DNA of 64,000 nucleotides from an uncultured Candidatus Saccharibacteria bacterium (lineage in GTDB: Bacteria; Patescibacteriota; Minisyncoccia; Phycocordibacterales; UBA2100), in contig CAZYLZ010000004.1 of NCBI GenBank assembly GCA_964648335.1, forward strand, positions 6,189 through 70,188. Reading direction: 5' to 3'. The notes below the pieces were generated by a model. That model saw only the letters and a program-made list of their open reading frames with translations, searched no databases and had not been told where the DNA came from. The position numbers were made by a program, and so were the translations under genes. Of this stretch, positions 37,639 to 46,919 are shown piece by piece (the stretch's first letter is position 1; each line of letters starts with the position of its first letter).

Positions 37639-38220
37639 TCACGGCTTCGAAAGATTAAATCGCTTGCGAAGACGAGTATCGCCCTCGAGTTCTTCTACGA
37701 CCGCATACAATACCTCTCGACCGAGCACGAATTGGGTCTTGATGAGCGTAACGACGTCTTCACTGTCATAAGGATATACCCATACACTCCCCTGAAGCTG
37801 AACAAAGCCTACCGACGCAAGCATCGCGCGAAGCTGATTTCGTGCAGTGCGTCTTCGTTCAGGAACATCAAAAATGACCATCCTCCACTTTTGATCCCAC
37901 TTTTTAGGAACACTTGTCGACCGCGGCTTTTCGGAAAACTTGATTAAAAAACTTTCACCGAGCGAGGTTATGCGCGCATATTTTTTACCATTTTCCTCGT
38001 GCCATGCCACATATCCATGTGCCACAAGTCGCGCTAATGCTGCATTTGCTCGCCAAGCATACGCGGAGCGGTTTTGATTAGTGTACGTCAGCAACTGCAA
38101 GGCATTTGGTGCAACAACTGCGACGCCGAGTAATCCTCCCACCTTGAGTGCTGTCAGGACTGCGTGCTTGATATTCTGCTTACGGGCTCGTTTCTTGACT
38201 CGTTTTTCTATTTTACCCAT
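37639..38220 (-). CDS. PaaX-family transcriptional regulator-like protein, short form (N-terminal winged helix plus central PaaX/Cas2-like domain; no long C-terminal domain). Paralog of 60191..60754.
   Basis: WDQKWRMVIFDVPERRRTARNQLRAMLASVGFVQLQGSVWVYPYD matches the PaaX central region (WDGKW...GFG...). N-terminal wHTH ...LARLVAHGYVAWHEENGKKYARITSLGESFL. Confidence 0.6.
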   Translation of the reverse strand: MGKIEKRVKKRARKQNIKHAVLTALKVGGLLGVAVVAPNALQLLTYTNQNRSAYAWRANAALARLVAHGYVAWHEENGKKYARITSLGESFLIKFSEKPRSTSVPKKWDQKWRMVIFDVPERRRTARNQLRAMLASVGFVQLQGSVWVYPYDSEDVVTLIKTQFVLGREVLYAVVEELEGDTRLRKRFNLSKP

Positions 38221-38221
38221 A

Positions 38222-38255
38222 TCCTTATATTAACACGGCCGTCTATTTATAAGGA
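38222..38255. repeat. 34-bp quasi-palindrome immediately upstream of PaaX-like gene 1 (tccttatattaacacggccgtctatttataagga). Putative operator.
   Basis: Near-perfect dyad around a palindromic acggccgt core. Begins 2 bp upstream of the gene start. Confidence 0.7.
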
Positions 38256-38348
38256 TACTGAGAGGAGATCGGGCAAAATTGAGGGACGGGAAATCGCTTG
38301 GTAGGTGCCGGGCTTTTCGATGTATCGTTAGAGAAACGCTTGTGTGAA

Positions 38349-39038
38349 TTACCAACCTTTTGCTGAAAGGGCGTTCTCTGCGGCCATCTGCTCGGCCTCT
38401 TGCTTGGACTTCCCTTCGCCCTTGGCGACCAAGGTCTGGCCTATGTAGGCTCCCGTTATGAACTTCTTGTCGTGGTCGGGTCCTGCCTGCGCCACGAGCT
38501 CGTACGACGGCGTGATGCCCTCTTTCTCTTGCGCGATCTCCTGGAAGCGGCTCTTAGCGTCTTGCCAGAGGCGTTTCGCAACCACCTCGTCGGTCTTATG
38601 GAACAGCTGCTTGGCGATAAACTGCTCTGCGGCAGCATAGCCTTGGTCCAGGTACAAAGCACCTATGAAGGCCTCGAAGGTGTTGGCCAGTATGTATTGG
38701 CGTGCGCGGCCGGTGTCTTTTGCCTCGCCCTTCGAGAGGAGCAAGAAGTCGTTCATGCCAAGATCGGTCGCAGCCTGCGATATAGAAACAGTATTGACGA
38801 GCGCTGCACGAAACGCTGTGAGCTCCCCTTCGGCTTTGTCGGGATACTTGCCGAACAAAAAATCGGTGACAGCAAGCTCCAAGACCGCGTCGCCCAAGAA
38901 CTCGAGACGCTCGTTATGTGCGATACCCGAGCGGTTCTCGTTTATAAACGAGCGATGTGTAAAGGCCTGCTTTAGCAGCTCTTTCTTGGCAAACGTAAAG
39001 CCGACACGTACCTCGAATGTAGAGAAATCTTTGTCCAT
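38349..39038 (-). CDS. rnc: Ribonuclease III.
   Basis: RNase III signature ERLEFLGDAVLELAVTDFLF; C-terminal dsRBD. Confidence 0.9.
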   Translation of the reverse strand: MDKDFSTFEVRVGFTFAKKELLKQAFTHRSFINENRSGIAHNERLEFLGDAVLELAVTDFLFGKYPDKAEGELTAFRAALVNTVSISQAATDLGMNDFLLLSKGEAKDTGRARQYILANTFEAFIGALYLDQGYAAAEQFIAKQLFHKTDEVVAKRLWQDAKSRFQEIAQEKEGITPSYELVAQAGPDHDKKFITGAYIGQTLVAKGEGKSKQEAEQMAAENALSAKGW

Positions 39039-39075
39039 GTGTCTGCACTCTATCGTAGCGGACCTAAATTACAAG

Positions 39076-39996
39076 CTATTTACTCTCGAGACGCGAGCGC
39101 TCCTTCGAGACGAGCACGTTAATGGCGCGCGTGACGACCGGCAAGATATCGTCGTAAAAGTTGAGGTCTCCTACCTTAGCGAGCGGAAACCACTGAGCGT
39201 CGTCGAGCCCGCCCTCGCGCTTCAAGGTAAGTTCGTCAAATGGCGCTTCGGCGAGGTAGTAGGTGCAGTGACGGCGCTTCTTTCCACGCTCTGGGTCGTT
39301 GGCGATGTACTCGTTCTCGCCGAGCTTTTCGTCGATAACCGAGAGGTCGATACCCATTTCTTCTTTTACTTTGCGGCGAACGCCGTCTTCTGCCGGTTCG
39401 TCGGGCTTGAGCTTTCCTTTGGAAAGCGTCCAGTGCCCGAATATGTCGTGCACGAGCGCAAGATATATCGAACCCGAGTCGCGTGCGTACACGACCGCAC
39501 CGATGAGCTCTTCTACAAACATCTGTTCGCGCGGAATCTTGGGCTTCTTTGCTATGTCGTTCTTTCCAGGCTCACCCAGTTCTACGTATACCGCGCCCAA
39601 GACGCCGTTAACGAAGCGTCCCGACGATTCGCTACCGAAGGTCTTTGCGAGCTCGATAGCTTCGTTTATAGCGACTTTTGCGGGAACCTGCGAGCGGTCG
39701 GCGAACAAGAGCTCGGCCAAGCCCAATCGAAGTATGTTTCTGTCGATGACGGCTATCTTAGATATTGGCCAATCCGGTGCTGCTTTCTCTATGACGCGGT
39801 CGAGCTCGGGGCGCTTGGCGAGGATAGTACGAACGAGCGCCTGCATAAACGGCATGTCGGCTTCGCGAGCGCCGAATTCTTGCGTGTTGGCCATGAGCCG
39901 GCCATTGAGAGCGTCGTCGTTGATAGCATATCCCGCGCTATCCCACTCAAAGAGGGTCTGAAGAACAATCGATCGGGACAGGTGCCTGTTAGCCAT
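39076..39996 (-). CDS. nusB: Transcription antitermination factor NusB fused to a C-terminal NUDIX hydrolase domain.
   Basis: NusB core [31 protein letters not shown] (compare E. coli [31 protein letters not shown]). A Nudix box follows: [23 protein letters not shown]. Total length 306 aa versus about 140 for NusB alone. Confidence 0.75.
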   Translation of the reverse strand: [306 protein letters not shown]

Positions 39997-40072
39997 ACGT
40001 ACGATTATACCTGGTTTAAAAAAGAAAACCCCCTATCGATAGTGGATAGAGGGATTTCTTGCATAGTTTGAT

Positions 40073-40468
40073 TTAAGCTCCTTTCGCGTCGTCTCCTGCC
40101 TTCTTGCGTGATTTTCCTTTTACCTTCTTCGTCTCTTTCTTTCCGTCTACTTCGCCATGATCGTGCTTGTGATCTCCGTGATCGTGGTCGTGGTGATCGT
40201 GAGTCTGCTTGGCGCCTTCTTTCGGAGCGGTGTCGGTGCCGAGTGCGCGCGATTCGGTCTCGCGGCGCTTCAAGCGCTTCTGCGCGCGCTCGGTGCGAGC
40301 AACGACGTTGATGACCTGGCGTCCGCGGTACTTGCCGCAATTGGCGCAGGCGCGGTGTTTCTGGTGATAAGCACCACATTCGCACAAAGCGAGGCGAACC
40401 TCGTCGAGTCCGTGGTGTGAGCGGCGTTTGCCGGTTGCTGAGCGCGTAGAGCGCATTCGGGATACCAT
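40073..40468 (-). CDS. rpmF: 50S ribosomal protein L32 with a long C-terminal extension containing a His/Asp-rich tract.
   Basis: L32 core ...GKRRSHHGLDEVRLALCECGAYHQKHRACANCGKYRGRQV (CxC...CxxC). Tail HDHHDHDHGDHKHDHGE plus a Lys-rich end. 131 aa versus about 57-60 typical. Start could instead be at 40456. Confidence 0.75.
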   Translation of the reverse strand: MVSRMRSTRSATGKRRSHHGLDEVRLALCECGAYHQKHRACANCGKYRGRQVINVVARTERAQKRLKRRETESRALGTDTAPKEGAKQTHDHHDHDHGDHKHDHGEVDGKKETKKVKGKSRKKAGDDAKGA

Positions 40469-40561
40469 AAGGCGCCTAGTATACGTGATATTTCAAATCT
40501 GGCAAGATGAAGCCCCGCAGAGGCCACAGATGGCGCTGATGCGGGGCTAAATATGGCTTTG

Positions 40562-40849
40562 TTAAGCCGTTTTCTTATTCTTAGCACGAACGGAGCCGGC
40601 CAAGAACACTGCGTCTGCACTCAACTTTACCTGCGTGCAGGTTGTTATGAAATTGCTGTCAGCCCCGGATTTGGTACAGCCCGTGCATGCGGGCGAGCCA
40701 GTATGTTCCTTGCAGTGATCGCATGCGAAGCGATCGAGCTCGGTGCGGCTTACCGATTCCAACTCTGAATATCGTTCGAGGACCGATCTGAGGTCCCGAA
40801 CATCGAGCCGGTCTCTTGGCAATCCCTTAGACGCTTTTGGTACTGTCAC
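40562..40849 (-). CDS. Small Cys-rich protein, possibly YceD/DUF177-like (conserved position upstream of rpmF).
   Basis: Contains CDHC...CTGC cysteine pairs. Gene order rnhB - this ORF - rpmF. Weak similarity only. Confidence 0.35.
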   Translation of the reverse strand: MTVPKASKGLPRDRLDVRDLRSVLERYSELESVSRTELDRFACDHCKEHTGSPACTGCTKSGADSNFITTCTQVKLSADAVFLAGSVRAKNKKTA

Positions 40850-40901
40850 GACTTCCCCTTCTTCACTTGTGTTGCAGACCGCGTATCAGTTAACGTCTTT
40901 T

Positions 40902-41483
40902 TTACGAGTTAGTCAACGACCTGATGAAGGTAGCACGATGGATACCGACCGATGGACCGTGCGCAACAATCGCGTCTCGATGAATCTGCGTACCGTAGCC
41001 CTTGTGGATTTCGAACGCGTACGCAGGATAGTCTTGGGCAAGTGCTGTCATCAAGCGATCGCGCGAGACCTTGGCGACAATGGATGCAAGCGCGATGGCC
41101 ACTTCGGTCTCGTCGCCACGCACGATAGCCTTTTGATCCCAAGCATCGTACGGCAGCACCTTGAGACCGGCGTCGAGTACGACCGGCACCGAACCCGGCG
41201 ACGCCAGCCGAGCGGCCGCACGACTCGCGGCAGCGTTGCATGCAGGGACGATACCCTCTGTGTCGATTGTCTTGGCACTCGAGAACTCGACCGCCCAGAC
41301 GACCGCATCGCTTTGCTGTATCCACGCAAACCATTCGTCGCGTTTCTTTGCCGAAAGCTTCTTGCTGTCTTTGAGCTTGGGCACATCGGCCCAGGCGAGC
41401 GGCCTTACGAGCATCACAGCACCTACCGACACTGGACCTGCGAGCGCCCCGCGCCCGGCTTCGTCTATACCAATGCAAATCAT
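40902..41483 (-). CDS. rnhB: Ribonuclease HII.
   Basis: MICIGIDEAGRGALAGPVSVGAV... catalytic DEAGRG motif. Confidence 0.85.
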   Translation of the reverse strand: MICIGIDEAGRGALAGPVSVGAVMLVRPLAWADVPKLKDSKKLSAKKRDEWFAWIQQSDAVVWAVEFSSAKTIDTEGIVPACNAAASRAAARLASPGSVPVVLDAGLKVLPYDAWDQKAIVRGDETEVAIALASIVAKVSRDRLMTALAQDYPAYAFEIHKGYGTQIHRDAIVAHGPSVGIHRATFIRSLTNS

Positions 41484-41599
41484 CTGTGCATCATAGCAGC
41501 CCCCAGATTGGTCGCAGAAACCAGAAAAACGCGTCTGCTATAATCTGCCAATGTCTCCCTGTAGCAGAGCTAGCCTCGCTACAGGGCAAGCGTCTGCCT

Positions 41600-44500
41600 A
41601 TGAAAAACTTCGTCCATCTGCATGTCCACTCGCACTACTCGCTCCTCCAAGCACTCCCCCAGATAGACCAGCTCGTGAAGGCCGCAAAAAAAGACGGCCA
41701 GACGGCGCTTGCACTTACCGACGCCGGCAACATGTACGGCGTCATCGATTTTTACAAAGAATGCCAGAAAGCGGGAATAAAGCCGATCATCGGCGTGGAT
41801 GCATACGTAGCGCCGCGCACGCGCTTCGACAAGGAGCACCGCATCGACAACCGTACCGCGCGCCTTGTCTTGTTGTGCCAGAACGAAATTGGTTACAAGA
41901 ATCTGATCCAGCTCGTCACTAAGTCGAACCTCGAGGGTTTCTACTACAACCCGCGCATGGACCGCGATCTCCTCACAACCTACAAAGAAGGCCTGATCGC
42001 CATCCTTCCGTCCTTCGGCAGTGAAGTTTCGCGTGCCATAGACGAAGAAGATATACCCCGTGCCGAACAGGCGCTCGACTGGTACAAGAGCACATACGGC
42101 AATGCCCTCTACATGGAGATCACGCACCACCCCGAGATCGACCGCCACGACGAGAAGATGGCGAAGATCGTAGCCATCGCAAAGAAGCACGCGGTGCCCC
42201 TGGTTGCCGCGCAAGACACGTACTACATGCAGCCCGGCGAGGGCCTCGCACGTGAGCTCGTGATCAAGATAAAGAGTGGAGGACATCTCGACCGCGACAG
42301 CGAAATCGTCGAGGACTTCTCGTTCAAGACGACGCCACAGATCAACGACATGTTCGAGGACTACCCGGAGGCCGTCGCCAATACCGCGCTCGTCGCCGAA
42401 CGCTGCAACGTCACCTTAAACCTCGGCTCGTGGGTGTTTCCCAATATCACGGTGCCGCCCGGAACGACCCACGACTCGGAGCTCCGCGACCTCGCCTACC
42501 GTGGTTTCGAGTTGCGCGGACTTCCTAAGACGCCCGAGATCATCGCGCGACTCGACTACGAGCTCAACGTCATCTCGACCAAAGGATACTCGCCGTACTT
42601 TTTGGTGGTGTCCGACCTGTTGCAGTATGCGCGCAAAGTAGGAATATTTACCAACACGCGTGGCTCTGCAGCAGGATCCTTGGCCTCGTACATGACCGGC
42701 ATCACTACGGTGAACCCGCTCGAGTACCAGCTTCCCTTCGAGCGCTTTTTAAACCCCGAGCGCCCCTCGCCGCCGGATATCGATATGGACATCGCGGACA
42801 ATCGTCGCGACGAGCTCATCGATTATGCGCGATCAAAGTACGGCGACGACCACGTGGCGCAAATAGGCACCTTCGGAACGATGATGGCGCGTGCAGCCGT
42901 GCGCGACGTCTCGCGCGCGCTTGGGTTCTCGTACGGCGTGGGTGACAGGATTGCCAAGCTCATCCCTTTCGGAAAGCAGGGATTCCCCGTAACCATCGAC
43001 AGCGCGCTCAAAGAAGTCGCCGAGCTTAAAGAAGCGTACGACAGCGATTCTGAGGTCCGCTCCGTAATCGACCTCGCGCAGAAGATCGAGGGCAACGCGC
43101 GTCACATCGGTGTGCACGCAGCGGGCGTTGTTTTGGCACCAACGCCAGTGACCGACTTCGTCCCGCTGCAGCAGGACCCCAAAGGCGGCAAGACCATCAC
43201 GCAATACGACATGCATGCGGTCGAGGACGCAGGCCTCCTCAAGTTCGACTTCTTGGGACTCACCAACCTTTCCATATTGGCCGATGCCGTCTCGCGCGTA
43301 AAGAATCGCCTCAACGTCATAGTCGACACCGACAAACTCCCGCAGACCGACGAAAAGACGTTCGCAATGCTTAGCCGTGGCGAGACCTTGGGTGTGTTCC
43401 AAATGGCAAGCGACGGCATGACGAGCTATCTCGTGCAGCTTAAGCCCACGCGCATCGACGACTTGAACGTGATGGTCGCCTTGTACCGCCCAGGACCGAT
43501 GGACAACATCACCGAGTACATGGCGCGCAAGAACGGCGAGAAAAAGGCCGAGTACCTGCACCCCAAGATGGAGTCGTATCTCGCAAAGACCTTCGGCGTG
43601 CTCGTGTACCAAGACGACCTTCTCATGACCGCAATCGAGCTCGCTGGCTACTCGTGGGGCGAGGTCGACAAGTTTCGCAAAGCGGTCGGAAAGAAGATCC
43701 CCGAAGAGATGGCAAAACAGCACGTGATCTTCGTCGAAGGCTGCAAGAAGCACACCGGCATGAGTGCACGCGACGCCGAGGCGCTCTGGAACCTCTTCGA
43801 GCCGTTCCAAGGTTACGGCTTCAACAAGGCGCACGCGGCAAGCTACGGCAACCTCGCGTATCAGACCGCCTACATGAAGGCCAACTTCCCCGTCGACTAC
43901 ATGGCGGCACTCCTTACCGCCGACTCGGGCGACGTCGAAAAGATCGGCGGCATAGTGGGCGAAGCAAAGCGTATGGGCATCGCGGTCTTGCCGCCCGACA
44001 TAAACGAGAGCGATAACACCTTCACGGTCGTCGACGACAAAACCATCCGCTTCGGACTCTCGTCGATAAAAAACTTCGGCGAAGGCATCGGTGCGGCGAT
44101 CATCGCCGAGCGAAAATCCGCCGGACGCTTTGCATCCTTGGCCGACTTCCTGACGCGCGTCACCGACAAGAACCTCAACAAGAAGTCGCTCGAGTCGCTC
44201 ATCATGTGCGGCGCCCTCGACGCTTTGGGAGAGCGCGGCGCCCTGCTCGAGAATATCGAATTCTTGCTCGCGTACCACAAAGAAGGCTCGCATGCAGCCA
44301 AAGACCAAGGATCGCTTTTTGGCGGCGGAGCACAAACCACTATCCCGCTCGTCCTTCCACCGTCGCGTCCTGCGACCCAAAAGCAGATGCTTACCTGGGA
44401 GAAAGATCTCTTGGGCCTCTATGTCTCGGGTCATCCGCTCGACGCATTTCGCGAGAAGCTCTCGAAGCAGAAGCTCGACTTGGCGGGGGCCAAAGCCACG

Positions 44501-44755
44501 CTCAAGGACGGTGCGCAGACAGTGATAGCCGGCTGTGTTGAGGCACGCACCGAGATAATCACCAAGAAAGGCGACAAGATGGCGTTCATCACTATTGTCG
44601 ACATGAAAGACAAGATGGAAGTCGTCGTATTTCCTAAGACGCTCAAAGAAAATGCGGCGCATCTCGAGTCGGGCAAGTGCATCCTCATCAAGGGCGCCAT
44701 GTCGGAGCGCAACGGCGAAAAATCGTTCATAGCCGACGCGATTATGGCATTGTAG
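41600..44755 (+). CDS. dnaE: DNA polymerase III alpha subunit DnaE.
   Basis: PHP domain start MKNFVHLHVHSHYSLLQALPQ; polymerase core motifs (GSAAGSLASYMTGIT; ...FDFLGLTNL...). The ORF-track start at 41486 is probably upstream of the true ATG at 41600. Confidence 0.9.
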   Translation: MKNFVHLHVHSHYSLLQALPQIDQLVKAAKKDGQTALALTDAGNMYGVIDFYKECQKAGIKPIIGVDAYVAPRTRFDKEHRIDNRTARLVLLCQNEIGYKNLIQLVTKSNLEGFYYNPRMDRDLLTTYKEGLIAILPSFGSEVSRAIDEEDIPRAEQALDWYKSTYGNALYMEITHHPEIDRHDEKMAKIVAIAKKHAVPLVAAQDTYYMQPGEGLARELVIKIKSGGHLDRDSEIVEDFSFKTTPQINDMFEDYPEAVANTALVAERCNVTLNLGSWVFPNITVPPGTTHDSELRDLAYRGFELRGLPKTPEIIARLDYELNVISTKGYSPYFLVVSDLLQYARKVGIFTNTRGSAAGSLASYMTGITTVNPLEYQLPFERFLNPERPSPPDIDMDIADNRRDELIDYARSKYGDDHVAQIGTFGTMMARAAVRDVSRALGFSYGVGDRIAKLIPFGKQGFPVTIDSALKEVAELKEAYDSDSEVRSVIDLAQKIEGNARHIGVHAAGVVLAPTPVTDFVPLQQDPKGGKTITQYDMHAVEDAGLLKFDFLGLTNLSILADAVSRVKNRLNVIVDTDKLPQTDEKTFAMLSRGETLGVFQMASDGMTSYLVQLKPTRIDDLNVMVALYRPGPMDNITEYMARKNGEKKAEYLHPKMESYLAKTFGVLVYQDDLLMTAIELAGYSWGEVDKFRKAVGKKIPEEMAKQHVIFVEGCKKHTGMSARDAEALWNLFEPFQGYGFNKAHAASYGNLAYQTAYMKANFPVDYMAALLTADSGDVEKIGGIVGEAKRMGIAVLPPDINESDNTFTVVDDKTIRFGLSSIKNFGEGIGAAIIAERKSAGRFASLADFLTRVTDKNLNKKSLESLIMCGALDALGERGALLENIEFLLAYHKEGSHAAKDQGSLFGGGAQTTIPLVLPPSRPATQKQMLTWEKDLLGLYVSGHPLDAFREKLSKQKLDLAGAKATLKDGAQTVIAGCVEARTEIITKKGDKMAFITIVDMKDKMEVVVFPKTLKENAAHLESGKCILIKGAMSERNGEKSFIADAIMAL

Positions 44756-44812
44756 CCAAGACCAAACCTCCCCTAGAAACCGGTGCGTGCCGGTGGTAGG
44801 ATGGCTTGATAT

Positions 44813-46570
44813 ATGGAATCAAACATAGACGCGATCCGGCACACGCTTGCCCACGTATTAGCATCGGTTATAGCCGAACGATACCCCCACGCCAAAGCAA
44901 CGATAGGACCTGCTATCGACGACGGCTTTTATTACGACTTTGACTTTGCTGGTGGGCAGACACCTGGCGAAGCCGACCTCAAGGACCTCACTAAGGCGAT
45001 GAAGAAAGCCCTCAACAAGTGGACGGCCTTCGAGCGTGCCGAAGTTTCGGCGACTCAGGCAAAAGAACGATTTGCCGGGAACGAATACAAGCTCGAACTC
45101 ATAGAAAATCTCGAGACCGAAGGTGCGACCATAACGCTCTATACCTGTGGCGGCTTTACCGACCTGTGTCGCGGCGGCCACGCCGAAGAGCCAAAGAAAG
45201 AGATCGACACCGACGCGTTCATGCTCTCGCGTATCGCAGGCGCCTATTGGCGCGGCGACGAGACGAAGCCCATGCTCACCCGCATCTACGGCCTCGCGTT
45301 CGCTACTGCAGCCGAGCTCGATGCATACATTCGGCAGCAAGAAGAAGCCAAGAAACGCGACCACCGCAAACTCGGCGCCGAACTCAAGCTGTTCACCAAT
45401 TCCCCGCTTGTCGGCGCTGGGCTTCCCCTTATGCAGCCACGCGGCATGATCGTCCGCAAAGAGATTGAGGATTACCTCTGGTCGCTCCACGCAGACAAGG
45501 GCTATTGGCGTGTATGGACGCCACACATAGCAAAAGAAGACCTCTACGTTACTTCCGGCCACGCAGAGAAATTCGGCGATGAGCTCTTCCGCGTGAGCGG
45601 TAAGGAAGAGAAGTTCATCATGAAGCCCATGAACTGTCCGCACCACATGCAGATCTTTGCCGACAATCAGTTCAGCTACCGCGACATGCCCGTGCGCTAT
45701 TTCGAGCCGGCAACCGTGTACCGCGACGAGAAGACCGGCCAGCTCGGCGGTCTCACGCGTGTACGCTCGATAACGCAAGACGACGGACACCTTTTCTGCC
45801 GCGTCTCTCAGATCAAGAATGAGGTATCGACGATTGTCGGCATCATCAAGGAATTCTTCACGACCATGGGTATGATGGAAGGCTACTGGGTACGACTATC
45901 GCTCCGTGGACCAAACGGGAAATACCTCGGGTCCGACGAGGTGTGGGACGCAGCAGAGGCAGCTTTGCGCGAAGCAGCAGAATTTAACGACCTTCCGATA
46001 AAAGTAGGGATCGACGAGGCCGCATTTTACGGACCGAAGCTCGACTTCATGTTCAAGGATGCAATCGGGCGCCAGTGGCAGCTCTCTACCATCCAGTGCG
46101 ATTTCAACCTTCCGAACCGTTTTGAGCTTTCGTTCACTAACGAAAAAGGAGAAAAGGAGCAGCCAGTCGTCATCCATCGTGCCATCTCGGGTTCGCTCGA
46201 GCGCTTCATGGGCGTCATGATCGAGCACTTCGGAGGAGCATTCCCCGCATGGCTCTCGCCTGTCCAATGCTCTATCGTTCCGATTTCCGAGCCGCATACC
46301 GCGTACGCTCAGACGGTCGCGAGCGCTCTTAGGGCCGCAGGGATACGCTACGACATGTCTGGAACCGATGACAGCTTGGGCAAGCGAATCCGTAACTGGA
46401 AAGTATCTAAGACACCGTACGCGCTCGTTATGGGAGACGCAGAAGTAGCCGACGGCACTGTCTCGGTGGAGCACCGCGAGCTCGGCAAAGTGGGCGTCAT
46501 GCCGCTTGCCGACTTTGTCGCCAAGATAAAAGATGAGGTCGCAAGTCGTGCCCTTGCTCCGAAGGCGTAG
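44813..46570 (+). CDS. thrS: Threonine--tRNA ligase (ThrRS). Appears to lack the N-terminal TGS (N1) domain.
   Basis: Class II core motifs (HLFCRVSQ..., FMFKDAIGRQWQLSTIQCDFNLPNRF), editing-domain-like N-terminus HTLAHVLASVIAERYPHAKATIGPAIDDGFYYDFD. Confidence 0.9.
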   Translation: MESNIDAIRHTLAHVLASVIAERYPHAKATIGPAIDDGFYYDFDFAGGQTPGEADLKDLTKAMKKALNKWTAFERAEVSATQAKERFAGNEYKLELIENLETEGATITLYTCGGFTDLCRGGHAEEPKKEIDTDAFMLSRIAGAYWRGDETKPMLTRIYGLAFATAAELDAYIRQQEEAKKRDHRKLGAELKLFTNSPLVGAGLPLMQPRGMIVRKEIEDYLWSLHADKGYWRVWTPHIAKEDLYVTSGHAEKFGDELFRVSGKEEKFIMKPMNCPHHMQIFADNQFSYRDMPVRYFEPATVYRDEKTGQLGGLTRVRSITQDDGHLFCRVSQIKNEVSTIVGIIKEFFTTMGMMEGYWVRLSLRGPNGKYLGSDEVWDAAEAALREAAEFNDLPIKVGIDEAAFYGPKLDFMFKDAIGRQWQLSTIQCDFNLPNRFELSFTNEKGEKEQPVVIHRAISGSLERFMGVMIEHFGGAFPAWLSPVQCSIVPISEPHTAYAQTVASALRAAGIRYDMSGTDDSLGKRIRNWKVSKTPYALVMGDAEVADGTVSVEHRELGKVGVMPLADFVAKIKDEVASRALAPKA

Positions 46571-46590
46571 ATCCGTGGTAGATTGAATCG

Positions 46591-46827
46591 ATGGATGCAA
46601 ACGAGAACATCGAGAAGAAACTGGACGAGCTCTTGGAGGCGGTCCTCGTGATGCGCGATAAGATGGTCACCAAAGAGGACCTCGACGAGGCCGTACAGAA
46701 CATAAACGACGCCCTGAGCATGAAGTTAGGCGGGCTCAATCGCCGCATGGACGAAGAGCTCGACCGCCGCAAGGTCATGGAAGCGCGCCTCGCGAGCGTC
46801 GAGCACGTAAAAGAAGACGCGGCATAA
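46591..46827 (+). CDS. Hypothetical small coiled-coil protein (78 aa), sitting where infC often follows thrS.
   Basis: Intact ORF directly after thrS with a terminator at its 3' end. No IF3 similarity. Confidence 0.45.
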   Translation: MDANENIEKKLDELLEAVLVMRDKMVTKEDLDEAVQNINDALSMKLGGLNRRMDEELDRRKVMEARLASVEHVKEDAA

Positions 46828-46866
46828 AAAGAAAGAACCACCTCTTGCGAGGTGGTTCTTTCTTTG
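46827..46866. terminator. Rho-independent terminator (bidirectional context).
   Basis: aaagaaagaaccacctc-ttgc-gaggtggttctttctttg. Confidence 0.7.
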
Positions 46867-46919
46867 CGACTGAGCACTTGTTTTTGGAGCTCGCACCCAG
46901 TCCATTTACCATTCAGATT

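Noticed and set aside
41486-41599. ORF-track N-terminal extension of dnaE (MHHSSPQIGRRNQKNAS...)
   Set aside because: The conserved PHP-domain start MKNFVHLHVHSHYS begins at 41600. The upstream extension is low-complexity and overlaps the divergent rnhB promoter region.
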